This document shows, one piece after another, positions 1 to 10,709 of a stretch of 64,000 bases of DNA; the stretch's first letter is position 1; the number at the start of each line of letters is the position of its first letter. The DNA comes from Escherichia coli. GTDB taxonomy: Bacteria; Pseudomonadota; Gammaproteobacteria; Enterobacterales; Enterobacteriaceae. The position numbers and the translations under genes were made by a program. The stretch lies in assembly GCF_003790525.1 (NCBI RefSeq), contig NZ_CP033635.1; one strand, written 5' to 3'. The notes under the pieces were generated by a model, which was not told the origin of the DNA, searched no databases, and was given only the letters and a program-made list of their open reading frames with translations.

Positions 1-1
1 A

Positions 2-3000
2 ACAACCACCATCAAAAATGGCGGTGAGCAAAGAGTATATGAGAGCCGTGCGCTGGACACTACGATTGAAGGCGGAACTCAGTCTCTGAATAGTAATTCA
101 ACGGCAAAAAATACGCAGATCTATTCTGGTGGTACGCAAATTGTTGATTACACCAGCACCTCGGATGTTATTGAAATTTATTCCGGTGGCGTGCTTGATG
201 TTAGAGGTGGTATGGCAACAAATGTTACTCAGCACGATGGAGCCGCTTTAAAAGTAACGACTTACGATTTGACGGTGAGCGGTACGAATAGTGAAGGGGC
301 ATTCTCCATCCACAATAACGTGGCAGACAATGTGTTGCTGGAAAACGGTGGTCATTTAGACGTATATGGTTCGGCAACCAGGACGATAATTAAAGATAAA
401 GGAACAATGTCAGTTTTAACGAATGCTAAAGCTGATGCGACCCGAATAGATAATGGCGGGGTTATGGATGTCGCCGGAAACGCGACCAATACCATAATCA
501 ATGGTGGTACACAGAATATTAATAATCATGGTATTGCCACTGGCACCAATATCAACAGTGGAACGCAAAATATCAAGAGCGGCGGGAAAGCTGACACGAC
601 AAATATATCCTCCGGGAGCCGGCAGATTGTTGAGAAAGATGGTACGGCAACTGGCAGCAATATTAGCGCTGGAGGCTCGCTGATTGTCTATACCGGCGGT
701 ATTGCACATGGGGTTAACCAGGAGACGGGCAGTGCTTTAGTTGCCAACACGGGCGCAGGGACTGATATCGAAGGATACAACAAGCTCTCTCGCTTCACTA
801 TTATCGGAGGAGAGGCTAATTATGTTGTGCTGGAAAATACCGGCGAACTGACGGTAGTGGCTAAAACCTCGGCGAAAAATACTACCATTGATGCTGGCGG
901 TAAGCTGATTGTCCAGAAGGAGGCTAAAACAGATAGCACCAGACTTAATAATGGCGGCGTTCTGGAGGTTCAGGACGGTGGTGAGGCTAAGCATGTTGAG
1001 CAACAATCCGGCGGCGCATTAATTGCTTCCACGACCTCCGGAACACTTATCGAAGGAACCAACAGTTATGGTGATGCTTTCTACATCAGGAATTCAGAAG
1101 CTAAAAATGTAGTGCTGGAAAACGCTGGCTCATTAACAGTCGTCACTGGTTCCCGGGCAGTTGACACGATTATTAATGCCAACGGCAAAATGGATGTTTA
1201 TGGAAAAGATGTTGGTACTGTACTTAATAGTGCGGGTACCCAAACAATATATGCCAGTGCCACTTCTGAAAAAGCAAATATCAAAGGTGGCAAGCAAACG
1301 GTATATGGTTTAGCCACTGAGGCAAATATCGAAAGTGGTGAACAAATTGTTGATGGTGGGTCAACAGATAAAACGCACATCAAAGGCGGCACGCAAACCG
1401 TTCAGAATTATGGTAAGGCGATCAATACCGATATCGTCTCTGGCCTACAACAAATTATGGCAAACGGGACAGCGGAAGGTTCCATTATTAATGGCGGTTC
1501 ACAGGTAGTTAATGAGGGCGGTCTGGCTGAAAACTCGGTACTTAATGACGGCGGCACACTCGATGTGCGGGAGAAAGGCAGCGCTACGGGGATACAGCAG
1601 AGTAGCCAGGGCGCGTTGGTGGCAACCACCAGAGCGACGCGGGTCACAGGGACACGCGCTGATGGCGTCGCGTTCAGCATCGAGCAGGGTGCGGCGAACA
1701 ATATCCTGCTGACAAATGGCGGCGTGTTAACCGTGGAGTCAGACACCTCTTCCGCCAAAACACAGGTCAATGCGGGCGGGCGGGAGATCGTCAAAACAAA
1801 AGCCACTGCGACAGGCACGACGCTCACCGGCGGCGAACAAATCGTCGAGGGTGTGGCGAATGAGACAACGATTAACGACGGCGGAATACAAACAGTTTCG
1901 GCTAACGGTGAGGCAGTAAAAACAACGATTAATGAAGGCGGTACGCTGACAGTCAACGATAATGGCAAAGCGACAGATATCATCCAGAACAGCGGTGCCG
2001 CTCTCCAGACGAGCACGGCTAACGGTATTGAAATCAGCGGTACTCACCAGTACGGCACCTTTTCCATTGCCGGAAATTTAGCGACCAATGCGTTGCTGGA
2101 AAATGGCGGTAATTTATTGGTATTAGCAGGTACCGAAGCCCGTGACTCCACGGTTGGCAAGGGTGGTGCAATGCAAAACCTGGGTCAGGACTCCGCCACA
2201 AAGGTTAACTCTGGCGGGCAATATACCCTTGGGCGGTCAAAAGATGAGTTTCAGGCTCTGGCCCGGGCAGAAGATCTCCAGGTCGCTGGCGGGACGGCAA
2301 TCGTCTATGCAGGTACGCTGGCGGATGCATCGGTCAGTGGCGCGACAGGAAGCCTGTCGTTAATGACGCCACGGGATAATGTTACGCCAGTTAAACTCGA
2401 AGGGGCGATCCGGATTACCGATAGCGCGACATTAACTATCGGAAATGGCGTCGATACGACGCTTACCGACCTGACGGCTGCCAGCCGGGGCAGTGTCTGG
2501 CTTAACAGCAATAATTCCTGTGCAGGTACCAGCAACTGCGAATATAGAGTAAACAGTTTGCTCCTCAACGACGGTGATGTTTATTTATCAGCACAAACAG
2601 CAGCGCCTGCCACAACTAACGGTATCTACAATACGCTGACAACCAGTGAACTTTCCGGCAGCGGTAATTTCTACCTGCATACCAACGTTGCAGGCTCCCG
2701 GGGCGATCAACTGGTCGTCAACAACAACGCCACTGGTAATTTTAAAATCTTTGTTCAGGATACCGGCGTCAGCCCTCAGTCTGACGACGCGATGACGCTG
2801 GTGAAAACAGGGGGAGGGGATGCTTCGTTTACGCTGGGTAATACCGGCGGTTTCGTTGATCTTGGGACCTATGAGTATGTCCTGAAAAGCGACGGCAACA
2901 GCAACTGGAACCTGACCAATGATGTCAAACCCAACCCGGACCCCAACCCAAATCCGAAGCCGGATCCAAAACCAGACCCAAAACCGGATCCGAAACCAGA

Positions 3001-3955
3001 CCCGACTCCCGATCCAACGCCGACACCCGTCCCGGAGAAACGCATCACGCCTTCTACGGCAGCCGTACTCAATATGGCAGCAACATTACCGTTGGTCTTT
3101 GATGCTGAGCTAAACAGTATTCGCGAGCGGTTGAACATAATGAAAGCGAGTCCACACAACAATAATGTCTGGGGGACGACGTATAACACCCGTAATAATG
3201 TCACCACCGATGCGGGTGCCGGGTTTGAGCAGACGCTGACCGGAATGACGGTGGGGATCGATAGCCGTAATGATATTCCTGAGGGGATTGCGACGCTGGG
3301 CGCTTTTATGGGTTATTCCCATTCACATATCGGTTTTGATCGTGGAGGACATGGCAGTGTGGGCAGTTATTCTCTGGGGGGCTATGCCAGCTGGGAACAT
3401 GAAAGTGGTTTCTATCTGGACGGTATCGTGAAGCTGAACCGCTTTGAAAGTAACGTAGCCGGTAAAATGAGCAGCGGTGGAGCCGCCAACGGCAGTTATC
3501 GCAGCAACGGGCTGGGCGGTCACATTGAAACCGGGATGCGATTTACCGATGGTAACTGGAACCTGACGCCGTATGCATCGTTAACGGGGTTCACCGCTGA
3601 TAACCCCGAATATCATTTATCCAATGGCATGGAATCGAAATCAGTCGATACCCGCAGTATATATCGTGAACTGGGCGCAACGCTGAGTTACAACATGCGT
3701 CTGGGGAACGGCATGGAAGTTGAGCCGTGGCTGAAGGCGGCTGTGCGCAAAGAATTTGTCGATGATAACCGGGTGAAAGTGAATAATGACGGTAATTTTG
3801 TCAATGATTTGTCGGGCAGACGTGGAATATACCAGGCAGGTATTAAAGCCTCATTCAGCAGTTCGTTAAGCGGGAATCTCGGGGTGGGGTATAGCCATGG
3901 TGCCGGTGTGGAATCCCCGTGGAACGCAGTGGCTGGTGTGAACTGGTCGTTCTGA
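2..3955 (+). CDS. AIDA-I-type autotransporter adhesin, 5'-partial (reading frame open to the window edge)
   Basis: Frame is open from position 2 with no stop, so the gene starts upstream of the window. Repetitive Gly/Thr/Asn-rich beta-helix-like passenger, Pro-rich PNPDPK linker, C-terminal beta-barrel domain ending in ...NWSF. By position next to ssrA it may be the ypjA ortholog, but that is inferred from context only. Confidence 0.8.
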   Translation, partial: TTTIKNGGEQRVYESRALDTTIEGGTQSLNSNSTAKNTQIYSGGTQIVDYTSTSDVIEIYSGGVLDVRGGMATNVTQHDGAALKVTTYDLTVSGTNSEGAFSIHNNVADNVLLENGGHLDVYGSATRTIIKDKGTMSVLTNAKADATRIDNGGVMDVAGNATNTIINGGTQNINNHGIATGTNINSGTQNIKSGGKADTTNISSGSRQIVEKDGTATGSNISAGGSLIVYTGGIAHGVNQETGSALVANTGAGTDIEGYNKLSRFTIIGGEANYVVLENTGELTVVAKTSAKNTTIDAGGKLIVQKEAKTDSTRLNNGGVLEVQDGGEAKHVEQQSGGALIASTTSGTLIEGTNSYGDAFYIRNSEAKNVVLENAGSLTVVTGSRAVDTIINANGKMDVYGKDVGTVLNSAGTQTIYASATSEKANIKGGKQTVYGLATEANIESGEQIVDGGSTDKTHIKGGTQTVQNYGKAINTDIVSGLQQIMANGTAEGSIINGGSQVVNEGGLAENSVLNDGGTLDVREKGSATGIQQSSQGALVATTRATRVTGTRADGVAFSIEQGAANNILLTNGGVLTVESDTSSAKTQVNAGGREIVKTKATATGTTLTGGEQIVEGVANETTINDGGIQTVSANGEAVKTTINEGGTLTVNDNGKATDIIQNSGAALQTSTANGIEISGTHQYGTFSIAGNLATNALLENGGNLLVLAGTEARDSTVGKGGAMQNLGQDSATKVNSGGQYTLGRSKDEFQALARAEDLQVAGGTAIVYAGTLADASVSGATGSLSLMTPRDNVTPVKLEGAIRITDSATLTIGNGVDTTLTDLTAASRGSVWLNSNNSCAGTSNCEYRVNSLLLNDGDVYLSAQTAAPATTNGIYNTLTTSELSGSGNFYLHTNVAGSRGDQLVVNNNATGNFKIFVQDTGVSPQSDDAMTLVKTGGGDASFTLGNTGGFVDLGTYEYVLKSDGNSNWNLTNDVKPNPDPNPNPKPDPKPDPKPDPKPDPTPDPTPTPVPEKRITPSTAAVLNMAATLPLVFDAELNSIRERLNIMKASPHNNNVWGTTYNTRNNVTTDAGAGFEQTLTGMTVGIDSRNDIPEGIATLGAFMGYSHSHIGFDRGGHGSVGSYSLGGYASWEHESGFYLDGIVKLNRFESNVAGKMSSGGAANGSYRSNGLGGHIETGMRFTDGNWNLTPYASLTGFTADNPEYHLSNGMESKSVDTRSIYRELGATLSYNMRLGNGMEVEPWLKAAVRKEFVDDNRVKVNNDGNFVNDLSGRRGIYQAGIKASFSSSLSGNLGVGYSHGAGVESPWNAVAGVNWSF

Positions 3956-4115
3956 CCATCAACGAAAAAGCCCACATCTGTGGGCTTTCATATCACCAGG
4001 AGCCGCGGCTCCTTTGCGTATCCTTTTTTGTCTCCTCACCGTCTGGTCGGTGTCCTGCTGAGACTGCTAACTTCCTGTTTTTATTGGTGTTGTCCTTACA
4101 CCGTCCAATCATGAT

Positions 4116-4478
4116 TGGTGGAGCTGGCGGGAGTTGAACCCGCGTCCGAAATTCCTACATCCTCGGTACTACATGCTTAGTCAGTCTTTACATTCGCTTG
4201 CCAGCTGCGGACGGACACGCCACTAACAAACTAGCCTGATTAAGTTTTAACGCTTCAACCCCAGGCAGGGCTTCCACGCGATCTCTTTTGGGTTTGACCT
4301 CTCTTGATCCCCGTCCTAAGAGCGGAGGCTAGGGAGAGAGGGCTCTAAGCAGGTTATTAAGCTGCTAAAGCGTAGTTTTCGTCGTTTGCGACTATTTTTT
4401 GCGGCTTTTTACGAGGCCAACCGCCCCTCGGCATGCACCTTGGGTTTCGCAAATCCCGTCGAATCCAGAATCAGCCCC
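4116..4478 (-). ncRNA. ssrA: tmRNA (SsrA), 363 nt
   Basis: Reverse complement reads GGGGCTGATTCTGGATTCGACGGG ... CCAGCTCCACCA and contains the tag reading frame encoding ANDENYALAA; sits downstream of smpB as expected. Confidence 0.95.
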
Positions 4479-4692
4479 AATGTGTGACGGTAAGTATACC
4501 AGATTCATGAGTGCCATGACCAGCCTCAATGGCGTTATCATTAAAGATTTAGCACCCATGTAGCCTGATTTTTATTCGATTAAGCAATGGGATGGCAACA
4601 TTTGTGTCGGAAGTGATAGCCAATAAGATGTTCATTCGCGCCGCCGGAGAGGGAGGCGCGGTGAGGAACTGGTCAATAATTGCAGTGCAGGT

Positions 4693-5175
4693 TTAACGGT
4701 GGGCGTTTTTCATGATACGCGCTTTATCCACCTGCCATTCGCGTTCTTTGATATCTGAACGTTTATCATGCTGTTTCTTACCTTTGGCGACGCCGATTTT
4801 TACTTTGCACCAGGCATTTTTCCAGTACAGGGAGAGCGCCACTACGGTATAGCCTTCTCGATTGACGCGACCGTACAATGAGTCCAGTTCGCGCTGGTTG
4901 AGAAGTAACTTGCGGGTACGGGTAGGATCGCACACCACATGCGTGGAGGCCACAGCCATTGGCGTGATGTTAGCGCCAAACAGAAATGCCTCTCCGTCAC
5001 GCAGAAGGACGTAGCTGTCGCTGATATTGGCTTTTCCTGCGCGCAGGGATTTAACCTCCCAGCCTTGCAGGGCAAGTCCCGCCTCGAACTCTTCTTCGAT
5101 AAAGTATTCGTGACGGGCGCGCTTGTTAAGCGCGATGGTCGCTGAACCAGGTTTATGTGCTTTTTTCTTCGTCAT
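4693..5175 (-). CDS. smpB: SsrA-binding protein SmpB
   Basis: 160-aa [51 protein letters not shown]... recognised as SmpB; adjacent to ssrA. Confidence 0.95.
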
Positions 5176-5306
5176 AAGCGTCGTGAATCATCGGTAATCT
5201 GAAATCGAAAACACCCCATATCAATCCTGCGGGGGACAAGGCTCTATCTTAGCATGAACCCGATGTTACCCAGCGCCGGGATAGCGTTTTTTTTACAGCA
5301 GGATAA

Positions 5307-5783
5307 ATGATATTATTTGTTGGATTTTTGTTGATGGAAATTGTTATGCCTCAGATTAGCCGGACCGCACTGGTACCCTACAGCGCGGAGCAAATGTATC
5401 AGTTAGTGAATGACGTTCAGTCTTATCCTCAGTTTTTGCCGGGTTGTACCGGAAGTCGGATTCTGGAGTCCACTCCTGGGCAGATGACTGCGGCGGTAAA
5501 TGTCTCTAAGGCTGGGATCAGCAAAACGTTTACTACCCGCAACCAGTTGACCAGTAACCAAAGTATTCTTATGAATCTGGTGGATGGGCCGTTCAAGAAA
5601 TTGATCGGTGGATGGAAGTTTACGCCGCTGAGCCAGGAGGCGTGTCGTATCGAGTTTCATCTCGACTTTGAGTTTACCAATAAGTTGATTGAACTCGCCT
5701 TTGGTCGCGTGTTTAAAGAGCTGGCGGCTAATATGGTCCAGGCTTTTACGGTTCGTGCGAAAGAGGTTTACAGTGCCAGGTAA
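5307..5783 (+). CDS. ratA: ribosome association toxin RatA (SRPBCC family)
   Basis: 158-aa ORF divergent from smpB; conserved ratA-ratB pair in this position. Confidence 0.8.
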
Positions 5784-6063
5784 AATTGCCGTTGAGGTGG
5801 CTTATGCGCTACCTGAGAAGCAGTACCTGCAGCGTGTGACGCTGCAGGAGGGTGCGACGGTTGAAGAAGCTATTCGCGCCAGTGGCTTGCTGGAATTGCG
5901 TACCGATATCGATTTAACTAAAAACAAAGTCGGCATTTACAGCCGTCCGGCCAAACTGAGCGATACGGTGCATGATGGCGATCGGGTGGAGATTTATCGT
6001 CCTCTCATTGCCGATCCGAAAGAGCTTCGCAGGCAACGAGCAGAAAAATCAGCGAATAAATAA
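5773..6063 (+). CDS. ratB: RatB (YfjF), small protein co-transcribed with ratA
   Basis: ORF-track frame 5689..6063; likely GTG start at 5773 giving about 96 aa ([22 protein letters not shown]...), overlapping the ratA 3' end. Start position is inferred. Confidence 0.65.
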
Positions 6064-6070
6064 CAGACAG

Positions 6071-6099
6071 AAAAAAGGTGCTCATTGAGCACCTTTTTT
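6071..6099. terminator. bidirectional intrinsic terminator between convergent ratB and bamE
   Basis: AAAAAAGGTGCTCATTGAGCACCTTTTTT: hairpin flanked by an A-run and a T-run. Confidence 0.7.
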
Positions 6100-6124
6100 A
6101 ACCTCTTTGAGAGCAACTTTATTA

Positions 6125-6466
6125 TTAGTTACCACTCAGCGCAGGTTTGTTATCAATGTTGGCCAACACACCGCTACTGTTAAAGGTCAGCGTCAGCGTT
6201 TGCTGCGTTACACCTTCATGACCAGGTTGCTGGCGGAAGACATAGAACCAGGTATTCGTACCAAATGGATCGGACATCAGCGGTGTACCCAATGCGTACG
6301 CAACTTGTTGTTGCGTCATGCCAACACGTATTTTGGATACGTCGTTAGCGGTCAGATAATTCCCCTGGTTGATGTCAGGACGGTAAACCACTCGCTCCAG
6401 AGTGGAACAGCCTGCGGTCAACATCAATAGTACTGCTGCTGCAGCAGTCAGCGTTTTACAGCGCAT
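6125..6466 (-). CDS. bamE: outer membrane protein assembly factor BamE (SmpA lipoprotein)
   Basis: 113-aa ORF with lipoprotein signal ([24 protein letters not shown]...); synteny. Confidence 0.9.
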   Translation of the reverse strand: MRCKTLTAAAAVLLMLTAGCSTLERVVYRPDINQGNYLTANDVSKIRVGMTQQQVAYALGTPLMSDPFGTNTWFYVFRQQPGHEGVTQQTLTLTFNSSGVLANIDNKPALSGN

Positions 6467-6614
6467 AGTGATTTGATTCCTTTTCGGGCCCGAGCAGTAC
6501 GTGGCTCATCTGTAATATGCCGATGATAATAGACCTTTCATCACTTTAAAACCTTTTGCTTTCCGGTCCTACGGCGTTTTGCTGTTTACTCTGACCGTGA
6601 AGCAGGAAAAAAGT

Positions 6615-8276
6615 TTACGCCGCAAGCAGTTCTTTCGCATTCGCCAGTGTGTTACGTGTGACTTCACTGCCACCAAGCAGGCGCGCCAGCTCTTGTAACC
6701 GCGCTTTTTTGTCCAGCGACTCCATATGCGTTTCTGTCATCGCACCATCGGTTTCTTTGCTGACAAAATAGTGTTGATGACCACATCCCGCGACTTGTGG
6801 CAGGTGGGTAACACACATCACCTGAGTTGATTCGCCGAGTTGACGCAGCAGTTTGCCAACAACTGCCGCTGTTGGGCCGCTAATCCCTACATCCACTTCA
6901 TCAAAAATCAGTGCCGGGGTTTCCATTTTACGCGCCGTGATGACCTGAATTGCCAATGCGATGCGTGACAATTCACCACCGGATGCGACTTTGGCAATAG
7001 GCTGCATTGGCTGACCTGGGTTGGTGGTTACCCGAAATTCAATACGATCAGCGCCGTCAGCGCCCAGGTGATGCTCGTCAAATTTAACATCAATCGTAAA
7101 CTGCCCATGCGGCATAGAGAGTGCATGCATACTGTCGGTGATCAGCTGTGCAAGTTCTTCTGCATAGTGCTGGCGTTGCTGGTGTAATGCGTTCGCGGTT
7201 TCCAGTGCCTGCTGATGATGTTTCGTTACCGCCAGCGCGAGCGTTTCTTGTGAGTCGGCCTGATCGTCCAGTTGCTGCTGTTCTTCCAGTAGCGACTGGT
7301 AATACTGTGGCAATGCCTCAGGGCTGACGTGATGTTTACGTGCCAGCGAAATCTGTTTTGAGATGCGCTGTTCAAGTTCAAACAGTCGGTTAGGATCGAG
7401 GTCCAGACGATCGCAGTAGTGGCGCAGTTCATCGCTGGCTTCAGCAATCTGGATGGTAGCTTCTTCCAGCATATCAAGTACGCCGGACAGTTTGCTGTCC
7501 ATGCCAATCAATTCGCTCACCAGTTGTTTAGCCGTGTAAAGCTGACTTTGCAGGTTTGCGTCTTCACCGTCGGCCATTAATGCCAATGCATTCTGGCTGG
7601 TGGTCAGCAATTGACCGCTGTTCGCCAGACGTTTGTACTCTTCGTCGATTTGCTCAAACTCTCCGGGCTGCGGATTAAATTCGTTAAGTTCTTTTAATTG
7701 GTATTGCAGCAGTTCTGCACGGGCGGCGCGTTCCTGACTTAACTGTTGATGATGCGCGAGGTCACGGCAGCTTTGATGCCACAACTGATAACGTGCGGTC
7801 ATTTCCTGGAGTAGAGAGGTTTCATTGGCATAGCCATCAAGCAGGAATTTTTGGTGCTCGGGTTTGGTGAGTAACTGATGAGCGTGCTGACCATGGATCT
7901 GAATCAGCAACTGACCCAGTTCGCGCAGTTGTGAAAGAGGAACCGCTGTACCGTTGATAAAACCACGGGAGCGACCATCGCTGCTGATTACGCGACGAAG
8001 CAAACATTCATGCCCGTCTTCAAGCTGGTTTTCTTCCAGCCAGCGCAGGGCCGCTGGCGTATCTTTCAGAGAAAAACGGGCGCACAGGTCAGCGCGAGCA
8101 GCGCCGGTACGCACCATGTCGGCTTCAGCGCGACCACCGAGACAAAGACCGAGGGCATCTATTGCAATAGATTTACCCGCGCCGGTCTCGCCAGTTATTA
8201 CGGTCATGCCGCTATGAAAATCAATCTCAAGCTCACGAACGATAGCAAAGTTGCTGATGGTCAGTTGTGCCAACAT
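6615..8276 (-). CDS. recN: DNA repair protein RecN
   Basis: 553-aa SMC-like ORF with Walker A (GETGAGKS); LexA boxes upstream. Confidence 0.95.
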   Translation of the reverse strand: MLAQLTISNFAIVRELEIDFHSGMTVITGETGAGKSIAIDALGLCLGGRAEADMVRTGAARADLCARFSLKDTPAALRWLEENQLEDGHECLLRRVISSDGRSRGFINGTAVPLSQLRELGQLLIQIHGQHAHQLLTKPEHQKFLLDGYANETSLLQEMTARYQLWHQSCRDLAHHQQLSQERAARAELLQYQLKELNEFNPQPGEFEQIDEEYKRLANSGQLLTTSQNALALMADGEDANLQSQLYTAKQLVSELIGMDSKLSGVLDMLEEATIQIAEASDELRHYCDRLDLDPNRLFELEQRISKQISLARKHHVSPEALPQYYQSLLEEQQQLDDQADSQETLALAVTKHHQQALETANALHQQRQHYAEELAQLITDSMHALSMPHGQFTIDVKFDEHHLGADGADRIEFRVTTNPGQPMQPIAKVASGGELSRIALAIQVITARKMETPALIFDEVDVGISGPTAAVVGKLLRQLGESTQVMCVTHLPQVAGCGHQHYFVSKETDGAMTETHMESLDKKARLQELARLLGGSEVTRNTLANAKELLAA

Positions 8277-8284
8277 AGTTGTTT

Positions 8285-8344
8285 TCCTGTATGAAAAACC
8301 ATTACTGTTATTGTGTACAGTATAAACTGGTTTTATATACAGTA
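8285..8344. promoter_or_regulatory. three tandem LexA (SOS) boxes in the recN promoter
   Basis: CTGT-N8-ACAG-type palindromes: TACTGTTATTGTGTACAGTA (8303..8322), AACTGGTTTTATATACAGTA (8325..8344), and a weaker third overlapping 8285..8304. Confidence 0.8.
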
Positions 8345-8361
8345 AAGAGGCTGGCGTGAAA

Positions 8362-9240
8362 TTAGAATAATTTTTTTGACCAGCCGAGCTTGGTGCTTAA
8401 TGTATTGAAATAACTGTAATCTTTCGGATGAATCAGATTCAGATGGTAATCACAGCGACGAATCAGGACATCTTCACCTTCCTGAATCGGCAGTGCTATC
8501 TGGCTGTCGCAACTGATTTCCAGGTCGTTACGGCGATGCGAAAAACGCAGACGGATCGTGCTGCTGCTGTTTATGACCAGTGGTCGTGCTGACAACGTAT
8601 GCGGGAACATGGGCACCAGGGTAATCGCATCCAGAGAGGGTGTGAGAATAGGACCGCCCGCAGAGAGGGAATAGGCGGTGGAGCCTGTTGGCGTCGAAAT
8701 AATCAGTCCATCGGAACGCTGAGAAAACGCAAAGATCTCGTCGATATACACTTCGAACTCAATCATATGCGCCACTTTGCCAGGATGAAGTACCACTTCG
8801 TTAATCGCGGTGCTGATGCGTTTCTGGCAATCTTGCTGACAAACTTGCGCTTCCAGCAAAAAACGTTTCTCGCTGATGTAGTGGCCTTCCAGCACATCGG
8901 CTAATTGTTGCTGGGCGTTATCGGGGTCAAGGTCAGTCAGGAAACCCAGGTTGCCACGGTTGATTCCAATAACTTTAATATCGTAACGGGCGAGTGTGCG
9001 CGCCGCGCCCAGCATATTACCGTCGCCACCAACAACTACCGCGAGATCTGCCAGTTGCCCAATCTCCGCGAGCGTGCCAGTTTTCACATTCTTCAGTTGC
9101 AGTTCGTGAGCGATTTGTTGCTCAACGATGACCTCGTAACCTTTTGCGCACAGCCAGCGGTAGAGCATTTCATGTGTTGTCAGTGCAGTGGGGTGCCGTG
9201 GGTGTCCCACAATGCCAATACACTTGAAATGATTATTCAT
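8362..9240 (-). CDS. nadK: NAD kinase
   Basis: 292-aa ORF with GGDGN motif; divergent from grpE. Confidence 0.95.
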   Translation of the reverse strand: MNNHFKCIGIVGHPRHPTALTTHEMLYRWLCAKGYEVIVEQQIAHELQLKNVKTGTLAEIGQLADLAVVVGGDGNMLGAARTLARYDIKVIGINRGNLGFLTDLDPDNAQQQLADVLEGHYISEKRFLLEAQVCQQDCQKRISTAINEVVLHPGKVAHMIEFEVYIDEIFAFSQRSDGLIISTPTGSTAYSLSAGGPILTPSLDAITLVPMFPHTLSARPLVINSSSTIRLRFSHRRNDLEISCDSQIALPIQEGEDVLIRRCDYHLNLIHPKDYSYFNTLSTKLGWSKKLF

Positions 9241-9286
9241 TTTTCCGAGGTCCTTGTTGCGAAGATTGATGACAATGTGAGTGCTT

Positions 9287-9317
9287 CCCTTGAAACCCTG
9301 AAACTGATCCCCATAAT
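9287..9317 (+). promoter_or_regulatory. sigma32 heat-shock promoter of grpE
   Basis: CCCTTGAAA (-35) ... CCCCATAAT (-10), matching the sigma32 consensus, upstream of grpE. Confidence 0.7.
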
Positions 9318-9329
9318 AAGCGAAGTTAG

Positions 9330-9953
<624 letters not shown>

Positions 9954-9960
9954 ATATCTG

Positions 9961-9990
9961 ATGGCCGACGCGAAGTCGGCCATTTTTTTA
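9961..9990. terminator. intrinsic terminator shared by grpE and the convergent acidic ORF
   Basis: ATGGCCGACGCGAAGTCGGCCAT hairpin followed by TTTTTTT on the plus strand; the stop codon of the minus-strand ORF lies in the T-run. Confidence 0.75.
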
Positions 9991-10629
9991 GCTTAAAAAA
10001 TCCTGTACTTCCAGCCACGGCGTGTTGAAATCATCTATTTTTTTATATTCGTTCATTGGCAGAACGACCACGTTATAGGTGTCAGATCCTTCATTCAGAT
10101 CAAAAATCTGAAAGCCCCTTTTATTGAGTTCGGTTTGGATGCGTTCAAAGATTTCGTCAAGGTAACGGTCTCCGGCTTCACAGACATCGGAGATTTCATC
10201 CTCTTGGGTTATTTCGACAAGAAGACTCCTTAATTCCTCAGAAGCTGTCAGGTTTTTTGTGAGCTCATAAAAGCGATCTGCAGCAAAATTAGCCAGCTCA
10301 CCTTCTTCATCTTCACCTTTCCAGTCAACGAGTTGAATTAGTCCTTCACCGCGCAGAACCTGTAAAAATGCCTGCGCCAGGTCATGATTTCCGAGATCGC
10401 CTCCACTGCAATCGAGAACGTCTTGTAATCCATATTCGTCTTCATCTTCGTCTTCAAAGATTTCAGGTTGCGTCGAAAGTTGAGAGAAAATAGTGGGCCA
10501 TAAGGTTGGGGTGTGCTGTAAAAAAACGCTGGCGACGACGTTGAGATCGTCTGCAAAATCCTTATCCCATTCAATTAAATAATCTTCTGACATAACATCA
10601 ATATCCTTTCCGAATGTTTGAAAAGACAT
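9988..10629 (-). CDS. hypothetical highly acidic cytoplasmic protein (213 aa), unrecognised, probably accessory
   Basis: Intact ORF; 51 Asp+Glu versus about 13 Lys+Arg; EDEDEDE run; no signal peptide or TM segment; no motif I recognise. Not part of the K-12 grpE-yfjD arrangement as I recall it. Start may be 10629 (no Shine-Dalgarno) or the Met at 10593 (AAGGA about 10 nt upstream). Confidence 0.6.
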   Translation of the reverse strand: MSFQTFGKDIDVMSEDYLIEWDKDFADDLNVVASVFLQHTPTLWPTIFSQLSTQPEIFEDEDEDEYGLQDVLDCSGGDLGNHDLAQAFLQVLRGEGLIQLVDWKGEDEEGELANFAADRFYELTKNLTASEELRSLLVEITQEDEISDVCEAGDRYLDEIFERIQTELNKRGFQIFDLNEGSDTYNVVVLPMNEYKKIDDFNTPWLEVQDFLS

Positions 10630-10682
10630 TATTACATTGCTAAGTAAATGACAGGAATTGATGGAATCCTAAAAGACGGCGA

Positions 10683-10709
10683 TAAAAAAAAAGGCGAACC
10701 GGAGTTCGC
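10683..10709 (-). terminator. intrinsic terminator downstream of yfjD
   Basis: Minus strand reads GGCGAACTCCGGTTCGCC hairpin followed by a T-run (A9 on the plus strand). Confidence 0.7.

Noticed and set aside
1408-2016. 202-aa minus-strand ORF inside the autotransporter gene
   Set aside because: Antisense to the repetitive passenger-domain coding region; repetitive Gly/Thr codons give long open antisense frames by chance.
5689-5772. N-terminal extension of the ratB ORF ([12 protein letters not shown]...)
   Set aside because: The extension is read out of the ratA coding region in another frame; the GTG at 5773 gives the canonical product of about 96 aa.
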